NCBI RefSeq assembly: GCF_006345805.1
Contig: NC_043000.1
Span: 9,548,001 to 9,612,000 of the forward strand
Source of the DNA: Octopus sinensis
Lineage: Eukaryota
Length of the DNA: 64,000 bases
Direction of reading: 5' to 3'
Part shown: piece after piece, positions 25,713-37,663 of the stretch
Layout: each line of letters begins with the position of its first letter
How positions within the stretch are numbered: the stretch's first letter is position 1
Program-made: the position numbers and the translations under genes
Notes under the pieces: generated by a model
Seen by the model: the letters and a program-made list of their open reading frames with translations, nothing else
Databases searched by the model: none
Told to the model about the DNA's origin: nothing

Positions 25713-28700
25713 CATCATCATCATCATTTAACGTCCGCTTTCCATGCTAGCATGGGTTGGACGGGTCAACTGGGGTCTGGGGAGCCCGAAGGCTGCACCA
25801 GGCTAGTCAGATCTGGCAGTGTTTCTACAGCTGGATGCCCTTCCTAACGCCAACCACTCCGAGAGTGTAGTGGGTGATTTTATGTGCCACCGACACAGGT
25901 GCCAGACGAGGCTGGCAAATGGCCACGCTCGGATGGTGTTTTTATGTGCCACCGACACAGGTGCCAGACAAGGCTAGAAGACGACCACGCTCAGGATGGT
26001 GTTTTTATGTGCCACCGACACAGGTGCCAGATGAGGCTGGCGAACGGCCACGCTCGGATGGTGTTTTTTTTATGTGCCACCGACACAGGAGCCAGATTAG
26101 GCTGGCGATCGGCACCGACACAGGTGCCAGACAAGGCTAGCAGACGACCACGCTCGGATGGTGTTTTTATGTGCCACCGACACAGGTGCCAGACGAGGCT
26201 GGCGAACGGCCACGCTCGGATGGTGTTTTTATGTGCCACCGACACAGGTGCCAGACAAGGCTAGCAGACGACCACGCTCGGATGGTGTTTTTATGTGCCA
26301 CCGACACAGGTGCCAGACGAGGCTGGCGAACAGCCACGCTCGGATGGTGTTTTTTTTTATGTGCCACCGACACAGGAGCCAGATTAGGCTGGCGATCGGC
26401 ACCGACACAGGTGCCAGACAAGGCTAGCAGACGACCACGCTCAGATGGTGTTTTTATGTGCCACCGACACAGGTGCCAGACGAGGCTGGCGAACGGCCAC
26501 GCTCGGATGGTGTTTTTTTTTATGTGCCACCGACACAGGAGCCAGATTAGGCTGGCGATCGGCACCGACACAGCTGCCAGACAAGGCTAGCAGACGACCA
26601 CGCTTGGATGGTGTTTTTATGTGCCACCGACACAGGTGCAGACAGACGGGCTGGCGAACGGCCACGCTCGGATGGTGTTTTTATGTGCCACGACACAGGT
26701 GCCAGACAAGGCTAGCAGACGACCACGCTCGGATGGTGTTTTTATGTGCCACCGACACAGGTGCCAGACGAGGCTGGCCGAACTGCCACGCTCGGATGGT
26801 GTTTTTATGTGCCACCGACACAGGTGCCAGACAAGGCTAGCAGACGACCACGCTCGGATGGTGTTTTTAGTGCCACCGACACAGGTGCCAGACGAGGCTG
26901 GCGAACGGCCACGCTCGGATGGTGTTTTTTTTTATGTGCACCGACACAGGAGCCAGATTAGGCTGGCGATCGGCACCGACACAGGTGCCAGACAAGGCTA
27001 GCAGACGACCACGCTCGGATGGTGTTTTTATGTGCCACCGACACAGGTGCCAGACGAGGCTGGCGAACGGCCACGCTCGGATGGTGTTTTTTTTTATGTG
27101 CCACCGACACAGGAGCCAGATTAGGCTGGCGATCGGCACCGACACAGGTGCCAGACAAGGCTAGCAGACGACCACGCTCGGATGGTGTTTTTATGTGCCA
27201 CCGACACAGGTGCCAGACGAGGCTGGCGAACGGCCACGCTCGGATGTGTTTTTTTTTATGTCCACCACGACACAGGAGCCAGATTAGGCTGGCGATGGGC
27301 ACGACACAGGTGCCAGACAAGGCTAGCAGACGACCACGCTCGGATGGTGTTTTTATGTGCAACCGACACAGGTGCCAGATGAGGCTGGCGAACGGCACGC
27401 TCGGATGGTTGTTTTTTTATGTGCCACCGACACAGGAGCCAGATTAGGCTGGCGATCGGCACCGACACAGGTGCCAGACAAGGCTAGCAGACGACCACGC
27501 TCGGGGTGTTTGTTTTTATGTGCCACCGACACAGGTGCCAGACGAGGCTGGCGAACGGCCACGCTCGGATGGTGTTTTTATGTGCCACCGACACAGGTGC
27601 CAGACAAGGCTAGCAGACGACCACGCTCTCGGATGGTGTTTTTATGTGCCACCGACACAGGTGCCAGACGAGGCTGGCGAACGGCCACGCTCGGATGGTG
27701 TTTTTATGTGCCACCGACACAGGTGCAGACAAGGCTAGCAGACGACCATGCTCGGATGGTGTTTTTATGTGCCACCGACACAGGTGCCAGACAAGGCTAG
27801 CAGACGACCACGCTCGATGGTGTTTTTATTGCCACCGACACAGGTGCCAGACGAGGCTGGCGACGGCCACGCTCGGATGGTGTTTTTATGTGCCACCGAC
27901 ACAGGTGCCAGACAAGGCTAGCAGACGACCATGCTCGGATGGTGTTTTTATGTGCCACCGACACAGGTGCCAGACAAGGCTAGCAGACGACCACGCTCGG
28001 ATGGTGTTTTTATGTGCCACCGACACAGGTGCCAGACGAGGCTGGCGAACGGCCACGCTCGGATGGTGTTTTTATGTGCCACCGACACAGGTGCCAGACA
28101 AGGCTAGCAGACGACCACGCTCGGATAGTGTTTTTTTTTTATGTGCCACCGACACAGGAGCCAGATTAGGCTGGCGATCGGCCACGATTGGATGGTGATT
28201 GTTACGTGCCCACAGCATGGAGGCCAGTCGGTGGCGGTACTTGGCTACGGCCACGTTCGGATGGTTTTCTTGTGTGCCACCGGCACTGGTACCACAAAGA
28301 TACAAATTCCATGATGTTCATCTATTTTGATTTTGTTTGATTTTCACTTGCTCAACAGGTCTTCACAATGTCACAAGAAGAAAGGTATGCACAGGTGGAC
28401 TGACTACGTCCAGGTAGGGGCCACGGGTTATGGCCTGACTAGTCTTGCCGGGTCTTCTCACGCACAGCATACTTCCATAGGTCTCGGTCTCTAGTCATTT
28501 CCTTGGTGAGACCTAAAGTTCGTAGGTCGTGCTTCACCACTTCGTCCCAGGTTTTCCTGGGTCTACCTCTACCACAGGTTCCCTCAACTGCTAGGGTGTA
28601 GCACTTTTGCACACAACTATCTTCAGCCATTCTCGTCATATGACCATACCAGCCGCAGCCGTCTCTCTTGCACACCAAAACTGACGCTTCTTAGGTTCAA

Positions 28701-31700
28701 CTTTTCTCTCAAGGTACTTACACTCTGACGATTATGAACACTGACATTACACATCCATCGGAGCATACTGGCTTCATTTCTTGCGAGCTTACGCATATCC
28801 TCAGCAGTCACGGCCCATGTTTCACTACCATGTAGCATGGCTGTACGTACACATGCATCATAAAGTCTGCCTTTTACTCTGAGCGAGAGGCCTTTTGTCA
28901 CCAGCAGGGGTAAGAGCTCACTAAACTTTGCCCAGGCTATTCTTACTCTAGCAGTTACACTTTCAGCACACCCACCCCCGCTACTGACTTGGTCCCTCCT
29001 AGGTAGCGGAAGCTATCAACTACTTCTAGTTTGTCTCCCTGGAACGTGGTAGAAGTTGGTCTCTGCACATTTCCAGTGTTTTTTCTCCTGAGCATCTGCC
29101 ACATACGAAAACTATCTTCCCAGTTAGCCTACCTTTGACATTGCTGCACCTCTTATGTGTCCATAGCTTACACTTGGTGCACCTTATAGAGTTTCTCTAC
29201 CTACACCTTTTTTACAGATCGAGCAGGGCATCTACCTGAAGTCGTTTGTGGTTGGTCCACCTTCCTACTTATTAGGACTTTGGTTTTGGCTAGGTTGATT
29301 CTAAGGCCCTTCGATTCTAATCCTTGTTTCCACACCTGAAACTTCTCCTCCAGTTCTGATAGTGACTCAGCAATTAGAGCAAGGTCATCAGCATAGAGGA
29401 GCTCCCAGGGGCATCCTGTCTTAAATTCTTCCGTTATTGCCTGGAGGACTATGATAAATAGGAGGGGGCTGAGGACTGAACCTTGGTGGACACCAACCTC
29501 TACGCGGAATTCTTCACTGTACTCGTTGCCAACCCTCACCTTACTAGCAGCGTCTCTGTACATGGCTCGCACAGCTCTCACTAACCATTCATCTATCCCT
29601 AGTTTCCTCATTGACCACCAGATAAGGGATCGGGTGACCCTGTCGAAGGCTTTCTCCATATCACAAAAGCCAGGTATATGGGCTTACCTTTGGCTAGGTA
29701 TTTCTCCTGCAGCTGTCTTACCAGGAGATATCATCAGTATACTTTTCCCTGGCACGAACCCAAACTGCATCTCATCTAAGCTAACTCTCTCTCTAATTAA
29801 GTGGGCTATAACCCTCTCTGTAACCTTCATTACCTGATCCAGCAGCTTGATACCCCTCTAGTTATTTGTATCTAGGGCGTCACCTTTACCTTTGTAGCAG
29901 TTGACTATTATGCTGCTACACCAGTCATTGGGTATGACTCCTTCGTGTATCACCTGGTTAACTATACGGGTGACTAGGCTATAGCCGACACTACCAGATA
30001 TTTTGAGCATCTCTGCAGTAATTCCTGATGGGCCTGGGGCTTTCCCTGTTTTCATGCTTCTAATTGCCTTAGCTACCACGGAACTATCAACTCGGATAGC
30101 TGGTCCCTCTGTTGGGTCAACATTCGGCAGACTCTCTTTATCCCATTCATTTTCCTCATTCAGCAACCTTTCAAAGTGGCGTCTCCAAGCTTCTCTCTTT
30201 GCATCCTCATTTAGCGCAAGTGAACCATCCTCCATGCGAACACATTTCTCTCCTACCACATCACGATTCTCTCTCACACACTGTCTTGCAACACGAAATA
30301 CCTCAAGTCTTTCATCCTCACGGCGCAGGACATTGGCAAATTTTCTCTTATCTGCTTCCCCTCTGGCTAGATAGACCTGTCTCCTAGATTCCCTTCTGGC
30401 AGTCTGATACACTTCCCTGCTACCACCGTTCTTCCAAGCCTGTTTCTTTTGTCTAATAGCCCTGTCAACAATATTGTTCCACCACCACGTTATTTTGGGT
30501 CTTAAGGGGACTTTGCACCAGCCATAGATCTGGTCAGCGGCTTTCAGCAGGTTGTCCCTCAGAAACGTCCAGTTGTCTTCTACCCCATGTGTAGCTATAC
30601 CCCCTTCCATTTCATCAAAGGCTTCAAGTAACATATCTCTAAATCTCTGTCCATTCGCAGGGTCTTTAAGCTTCCAGACCCTTCTTCTCCATGTTGGTCG
30701 TCTTCTAGTTGCCCTCTTAGTCCTGATCCCAAAGTCACTAACTACCAGTCTATGTTGTGGGGTGCATTCTTCGCCTGGGAAGGTTTTGGCATTTATAAGC
30801 AGCCATCTTTCCCTAGTCGATTTGGCTAGTATGCCGGCCCGATCGGTAGGTGACCAGGTGGCTTGTTGGTTTCCTGAAGTTAGTGTTGCAGACCATAAGA
30901 CTATTCGCATCGCAGAACTCCAGCAGCCTGGTTCCCTCCTCGTTGCAGGAACCATAACCGTAGCCTCCATGTACGCCATTGAAGCCCCCAGCATGTCGTC
31001 CAACATGCCCATTGAAATCACCAGCCACAAAGAGAAGGTCCCTGTCGTTCGTCAATGAGGTGGTCTGCAGTAGGGTGTCATAGAAACTGTCTTTCTGTCC
31101 ATCGGGTAGCCCTGGCTGAGGGGCATAGGCCGATATAATGGTTGCTAATCTATTATGAAGCACTATTCTAATCTTAAGTATTCTGTCACTTACTCTGATT
31201 ACCTCAATTACTCTATCTATCCATTTCTCAGCGATAAGTATACCCACGCCACCAACCCCGTCAGTGTTCCCTGCCCAGAATATCTTGTACCTGTGTTCCT
31301 TGCCTGTGAGGAACCTAGCAGATCCTCCTCTCCACCTTATTTCTTGCATGCAACATACATCAACACGTCTCCGTTCAAGCATCTCGACTATCTCGCCAGA
31401 CCTACTTTTCAGTGTGCCAACGTTGAGGGTGTGGAAGGTATTGACCCGAGAGGCCCAGGGACGGGGAGCAGTGGCGTCATGTACCTGAAAAGAAGAAGAA
31501 AGCTCGCATTTGGCAGAATTCATAAGCAAAGCAATGAACTTAAGTTCAACCTGTTACAATACACTATCATGTTTTTGCGCCGTATGGTCACCACCATATA
31601 TAGAAGGGGTGGTATTGGTTTAAGGCCTTTAGGTGTTCATGGAAGAAAAGCAAAGGAAGGCAAGGTGAGATAAGGACTTCCGGTACTGGTGGTGGGGGCA

Positions 31701-31990
31701 GGAGGGCGGGCGCACCGCGCACTGGGAGAAGACGAGATTTAGGCGGCAGAAAGAAAGACAAGATTTGAGATGGAATGGTTTGCGGTCATGTGCATAAGTT
31801 TCTATGAATGGAAGTTGGGAAAGATGGGTTAGAGAATTAAGCTACAGAAAGACCAGATTTGAGACGAGATGTTTTTGCGGTCGTGTGAATAAGTTTTTGT
31901 GAGCGAAAGTTTATATGCTTCAGCTAGCATTTGAGACGAAGGACAACGATAACGATAATATATGGGGACACAATAATAAGGCTTGATGGT
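25713..31990 (-). mobile_element. RTE-clade LINE copy 2, probably near full length, ORF disrupted, 3' UTR massively expanded
   Basis: APE domain 30813-31529 (NVGTL, CCMQE, SAYAPQ, AGDFNGHVG, SQID), linker and RT pieces down to 28439, 3' UTR array, (GAT)n tail at 25713. The 5' limit (31530-31990) is inferred from CpG-rich sequence. Confidence 0.92.
25878..28290 (-). repeat. about 40-unit, 62-bp minisatellite with A/B/C variants and higher-order repeats, inside the RTE 3' UTR
   Basis: Unit tttttatgtgccaccgacacaggtgccagac(g/a)aggct(g/a)gc..ccacgctcggatggtg; 124-bp AB dimers and 163-bp CBA trimers. Confidence 0.95.
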
Positions 31991-33220
31991 GATAATAATA
32001 CTTGCAAAAACAATGAAAAGAGGAACAGGTCGTGAACTTAAATATGACTTAGCTGATATTTTTCATCCTGCGGTTCGTATTTCGTGTGTTATAGCCAGTA
32101 ATAAATAAGTTTGAACTGGATTGTACAAAATGTGAATGAAAAAAACCTTCCTATATTTCACCTGGCCGTTGTTGTGGTACTAGAAAAGTTAGGTAGATGT
32201 TAACAGTATCTTCATCTAGCTAATATTTCACTATTTAAAAAACAAAATATTATTATTGTTATTATTGTGGAAGCGCAATGGCCCAGTGGTTAGGACAGCG
32301 GACTTGCGGTCGGAGGATCACGGTTTCGATTCCTAGACCGGGTATTGTGTGTGTTTATTGAGCGAAAACACCTAAAAGCTCCATGAGAATCTGGCAGGGG
32401 GTGGTGGCAACCCCCGTTGTTCTCTTTCACCACAACTTTCTCTCACTCCCTTTTCCTGTTTCTTGAGGAATGCTGCGATGAACTGGCGTCTCTTCCAGCC
32501 GGGGGGAACACATACGCCACAGAAACCTGGAAACTGAGCCCATGAGCCTGGCTAGGCTTGAAAAAGTTATTATATTCGTGAGGTGGAAAACTGGCAGAAT
32601 CATTAGCACACTAGGCAAAATGCTTGGCAGCATTTTGTCTACCTTTACGTTCTGAGTTCAAATTCTGCTGAGGTTGACTTTGCCTTTCATCCTTTCCGGG
32701 TCAATAAAATAAATATCATTTAAGTAACTAGAGTTTATCTAATTGACTTACTCCCATCCCCTGAGCTTGCTAGACTTGTACGAAAATCTGAGGCCAATAT
32801 TTCACCATTTTTGTCTTTAGTTACTATCAGGAATTGGAACGGTTGGTAAGCACTCTGTGTTATCTGTTGAAACTTTGGTCAACCTGTAAAATGCTGGAGT
32901 ATTTCTTTGTAAATGCTGAAGCTAAACAACATATTCTTTGCATTTATTTCTGCCATTATTAATGACTAAAAGAGCAGCTGAGCACCAAATAATTAGTTCA
33001 GATCTGTTTGTTCAAATTCTACCAGAGTCAATTATTTTGCTTTCCATCAATCTGCCTGGGTTGCAGGTAGATAAAATAAAATACCAGTCATTTACTGAGG
33101 TCTGGGTTGTTTAATATAATCCTTTGTTCACTGCTTTGTAAAATTGTGGTTTTGTGTGACCATGAGAAACCATTATTTACAGTAAATAATATTTATTGAT
33201 GTCAGATGTATGTATATGTA

Positions 33221-33269
<49 letters not shown>

Positions 33270-34229
33270 GTGTGTGTTTGTGTGTGTGTGTGAAAACACA
33301 TTAACTGCTGGCAGGTATATTATTATCGATATATTTATGTATATATGTGTATGTATGTGTATATATATGTACACGTGTGTGTGTTGCTTGGCTACTGATC
33401 TTGTGATATATCAATATCTGAATCAATGTATCAATATGGCTATTGATAAAGAGATATATAAACACTGTCAACAAATAAATCAAACCGCTAACAGATATCA
33501 CTTTATTTGATAGCGATCTACATACTTTCCATTATTCATATGGTTTTATCAGCAGCTGATAGCTGTAAATCTTGTTAAACAGATATACCTAAAACTGTTG
33601 TCTCTCATTCGCCCAATGTTGACAAATATATTCCTGTATTGACAGATATATTGCTTCTATTTGTTAGTGAGGAGGGAAGGGCAGTTATTCATGGCCCTTT
33701 ACAGGATTATGAATTCCAAGACTGGGAAGAGGGAAGAAGATTGTGATGTTAATGATGATAATCATTACTATCATGATCAAATTAATAACTACCACTTCGT
33801 TAATGTCAGCAATGCGGATATATCGTGTTCTTTTTAAAATCAGTAGTAGTTAATATTAATGAATTTCTAAGGTGGTAGGCTGGTGGAATCATTAACATGC
33901 TGAGAAATTTGCCTGATTGCATTGTCTGTCTTTATATTCTGAATTTAAATTCTGGCATGGTCAACTTTGTCTTTCATATTTTTCTGGATTCATAAAATAA
34001 GTTCCAGTAGAGCACTGGTGTCAATCTAAATGACTTACATCTTGGCCCCAAATTGCTGGCCTTGTGTGAAAATTTGAAACTGATATATATGAGTTTCTAA
34101 AGGAACTTCTATGCTGTCACTTTACCAGCTAGAATAGAAGCCAACTTTCCCTTAAATTATGTTCATAAAAAAAGAATTCCTTGGCTAATTTAGTCCTAGA
34201 TTTTCAATGGATCGAAAAAATAGATGGAT

Positions 34230-34720
34230 TGGCTATGGCAGGAGTGTCTTTGATCATATGTCTTCATCCACCACTAATTACTACCCTTCTGCAAAATTCA
34301 GTTGTGACCCACATTTGTGTATCCCTCCCAAATTCTGGGATGGTACTGCTGCTATATTCACACACAAGTTCTAAACTTCATCCAGATAAAACTCATCCTA
34401 ACAACTATCATGGAATCACTTTACAAACAGACTCTAGTTTCTCATCAACTGATCTGCTGCCTCCTCTATCTGCTATTATAATAGCCTCTGCTTCTCCCAG
34501 AGCTGATCAGTTTCATGTCACCTTCACTCAGGCATGCTTGACTCACTCTTTTCTTCTCTCACCTGTCACTCATATTGTGTTCTCTCTACCCAAGCCCTAC
34601 ACTAACCATTATATCCACCCCTTTATTCACAGAACATCACCACTCATTCCACTGGAATCCTTCTATCTAGAACATGTTTTTTTCTAAAGTTGTGTTTTCC
34701 CACAGAAATATTATTAGTAG
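34230..34720 (+). mobile_element. old CR1/L2/Jockey-group LINE 3' remnant
   Basis: Decayed match to the RT C-terminal motif LFYRYYxGxCSxEL (tctatctgctattataatagcctctgcttctcccagagctg); recognised from memory only. Confidence 0.45.
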
Positions 34721-35224
34721 CAATCCCACTAAATCTGAAAGGGTTTGTATTAGCCATAAGTAACAGCCCCTTTATAACAATCCCTTTATCCAGATTAGTG
34801 TAATAAAACAACAAAAATAAGGATGGGGGTGAGGGATGATCAGTCAGGGATGACCCTGAACTAAACAATAACAACAACTAACATTAAGGTAGACTTAATT
34901 ATTGAGGGTTAAGTTTCACTTATAATTACATGTTGACAGTCACTAGAGTCACTCGTCCAAACCATCAGCTCACTTCTATAAATAACCTGATTGGAATTAC
35001 AATCTGCAGCTTTGTTGCTCCTACATAATGAATTATATTTCAAACTTCACCTTCATTCAGTACATTAGAACTGACTTGTTCAACTACTATGCAGCATATG
35101 GGCCACAGGTGTTCTGGCTGCAACAGTTTTGTGAGTCACTCAATGCCAAGATATTTTGAAAAGTTGATATGTTTTTAATATGTTTTTTTCTAAGCCAAAA
35201 CAATGCAAGTCATAAAAAAATTAA

Positions 35225-35612
35225 TAGGTGCAGGAGTGGCTGTGTGGCAAGTAGCTTGCTTACCAACTACATGGTTCCAGGTTCAGTCCCACTGCGTGAC
35301 ACTTTGGGCAAGTGTCTTCTACTATAGCCTCGGGCAGACCAAAGCCTTGTGAGTAGATTTGGTAGACGGAAACTGAAAGAAGCCCGTCATATATATGTAT
35401 GTGTATGTATATGTTTGTGTGTCTGTGTTTGTCCCCCCAGCATCGCTTGACAACCGATGCTGGTGTGTTTATGTCCCCGTAACTTAGCGGTTCAGCAAAA
35501 GAGACCAATAGAATAAGTACTAGGCTTACAAAGAATAAGTCCTGGGGTCGATTTGCTTGACTAAAGGCGGTGCTCCAGCATGACCACAGTCAAATAACTA
35601 AAACAAGTAAAA
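35225..35612 (+). mobile_element. full-length SINE S1
   Basis: Same architecture as the copy at 17554-17958. Confidence 0.88.
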
Positions 35613-35635
35613 GAGTAAGAGTAACACAGGTCAAT

Positions 35636-35775
35636 GGTTAGTATTATTATTTGATATTTTAACATTTCAGGGTCAGGATTTCTTCTTCAGAAAATATACT
35701 GAGAAACGGTGTTGGTAGTCAACTACAGTCCTGACCCTGAAATATTAAAATATATAGTAACAGTACTAACCAATG
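35636..35775 (-). mobile_element. Penelope-like fold-back with hammerhead motif (35654-35697, minus strand)
   Basis: ATATTTT CTGAAGA AG-aaatcctgacc-CT GAAA TGT T AAAATAT; diverged inverted arms at about 35636-35678 and 35729-35775. Confidence 0.6.
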
Positions 35776-36264
35776 ATATGTGCTAACAGTCGATCAGAAT
35801 TAATTAATTTTTTATAACATGCTTTGTTTTGGCTTTCAAAACATATTTAAAGCATTTATATATATATATATCAGACGATGACTCATGAAAACTGCACTAC
35901 TCTCTGTTTTTAATACATCACACCGATACTTGTGCATTGTTATTTGGCTAAGTACATGCATGCTCAACTTTGCTTCAAAAAGAAATTTGATACTGATGTA
36001 TACTTATATATTTATATTTACCCATGCTAGCATGGAACACGGAGTGTTAAATGATGATGATGATGATATATACATATATATATATATGGTATTTTCTATA
36101 AACTGACAAAGCAAGTTCAGCTTAACACTAGGCAATGGGTTGTCACTGATGGAAATGAATTCTATCTGAAATCATTGATGATCTGACACTCTCTCTTGCT
36201 ATAGGGAGGGTGCCTCCCTTGTCAGTCAATGTGTGTGTGTGTGTATATACATATATATATATAT

Positions 36265-36305
<41 letters not shown>

Positions 36306-36339
36306 ACACACACACACATATATATATATACATACATAT

Positions 36340-36371
<32 letters not shown>

Positions 36372-36792
36372 GTTTAAAAGACAGAGCCACTTTCAAGCAA
36401 CTCAAACGACATTGAGCGACATTATCTATGATAGAGACATATAAGAATATATTTTATCAAAATTAATATCTACAATTCTTATTCTGCATCCAATAATAAA
36501 TTATGTATATATACACATACATGCATACATATATATGTGTGTGTGTGTGTTTGTGTCTGTGTTTTCCACACAGACACACACACACCATTTGAAAACCATT
36601 GTCAATGTGTTAACATCCCTGTAATCTAGCATTTCAGCAGAGGAGATTGATAGAATAAGTACCAGGCTTATAGAAAAATAAGAACTGGGGTCCATTGGTT
36701 AGACTAAAATGCCTCAAAGTGGTGCCCCAGAATGGCTACAGTCTAATGACTGAAGCACATAACAAAATAAAAAAATATGTATATATATATAT

Positions 36793-36950
36793 ATACTTTA
36801 TTTAAAAGCAGCAGAAATTCAACAAAACTTGTTACTCGGAGTAACAGTTTTTGTTGAATTTCGGCTGCTTTTAAATAAAGCATATTACTCTACACCTGGT
36901 ATTTGAGTACTCTTTTTTCCACCTTGTTTCACATTTATGTGTTTACTCCA
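36793..36950 (+). mobile_element. Penelope-like remnant forming a near-perfect palindrome
   Basis: 42-bp arms at 36796-36837 and 36839-36880, 2 mismatches, 1-nt loop, centred on ACTC-G-GAGT. Confidence 0.65.
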
Positions 36951-37337
36951 TATATATATATATGTATATATATATAGTTGTCCTTTTTGATAAAACACTG
37001 CACGCTGCTATCTGTATTAATTTCCTATATATGTGTGTGTGTGTGTGTGTGTATGTATATATATATATATACACATTTATATGTTTGTGTGTATATATAA
37101 ATATATATATGTATCATCATCATCGTTTAACGTCCGTTCTCCATGCTAGCATGATATACATATAGGTGCAGGTGTGACTGTGTGGTAAGAAGCATGCTTC
37201 CCAACCACATGCTTCTGAGTTCAGTCCCACTGCATGGCACCTTGGGCAAGTGTCTTCTACTATAGCCTTGGGCCGACCAAAGCCATGTTAGTGGATTTGG
37301 TTTGAAAGAAGCTCATCATATATATATATACATATAA

Positions 37338-37653
37338 CCGTGTCGGTGGCACGTAAAAGCACCATCCGTTCGTGTCCGTTGCCAGCATCGCCTGGCCCCG
37401 TGTCGGTGACACGTAAAAGCACCATCCGTTCGTGGCCATTCGCCAGCTCTGTCTGGCACCTGTGCAGGTGGCACGTAAAAAACACCCACTACACTCGCGG
37501 AGTGGTTGGCGTTAGGAAGGGCATCCAGCCGTAGAAACACTGCCAGATCTGACTGGGCCTGACGAAGCCTTCCAGCTTCACAGACCCCAGTTGACCCGTC
37601 CAACCCATGCTAGCATGGAAAGCAAACTAAATGATGATGATGATGATGATGAT
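37338..37653 (+). mobile_element. RTE 3' UTR fragment (3 hairpin units plus tail), head-to-tail upstream of copy 3
   Basis: Same 3' UTR sequence and (ATG)n tail; inserted after an S1 SINE head plus (TA)n. Confidence 0.9.
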
Positions 37654-37663
37654 ACATATATAC

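Noticed and set aside
25878-28290. CRISPR-like repeat-spacer array
   Set aside because: The variable parts are three recurring variants rather than unique spacers, there are no cas genes, the context is eukaryotic, and the unit is demonstrably the RTE 3' UTR module.
25874-28305. Many overlapping ORFs (MCHRHRCQ.., CATDTGAR..)
   Set aside because: These are translations of the stop-poor minisatellite in several frames and on both strands.
31484-31510. Splice acceptor (ttcttcttcttttcag) in the RTE 5' region
   Set aside because: It lies in the open APE-upstream frame (SSSFQ) and no matching donor was found.
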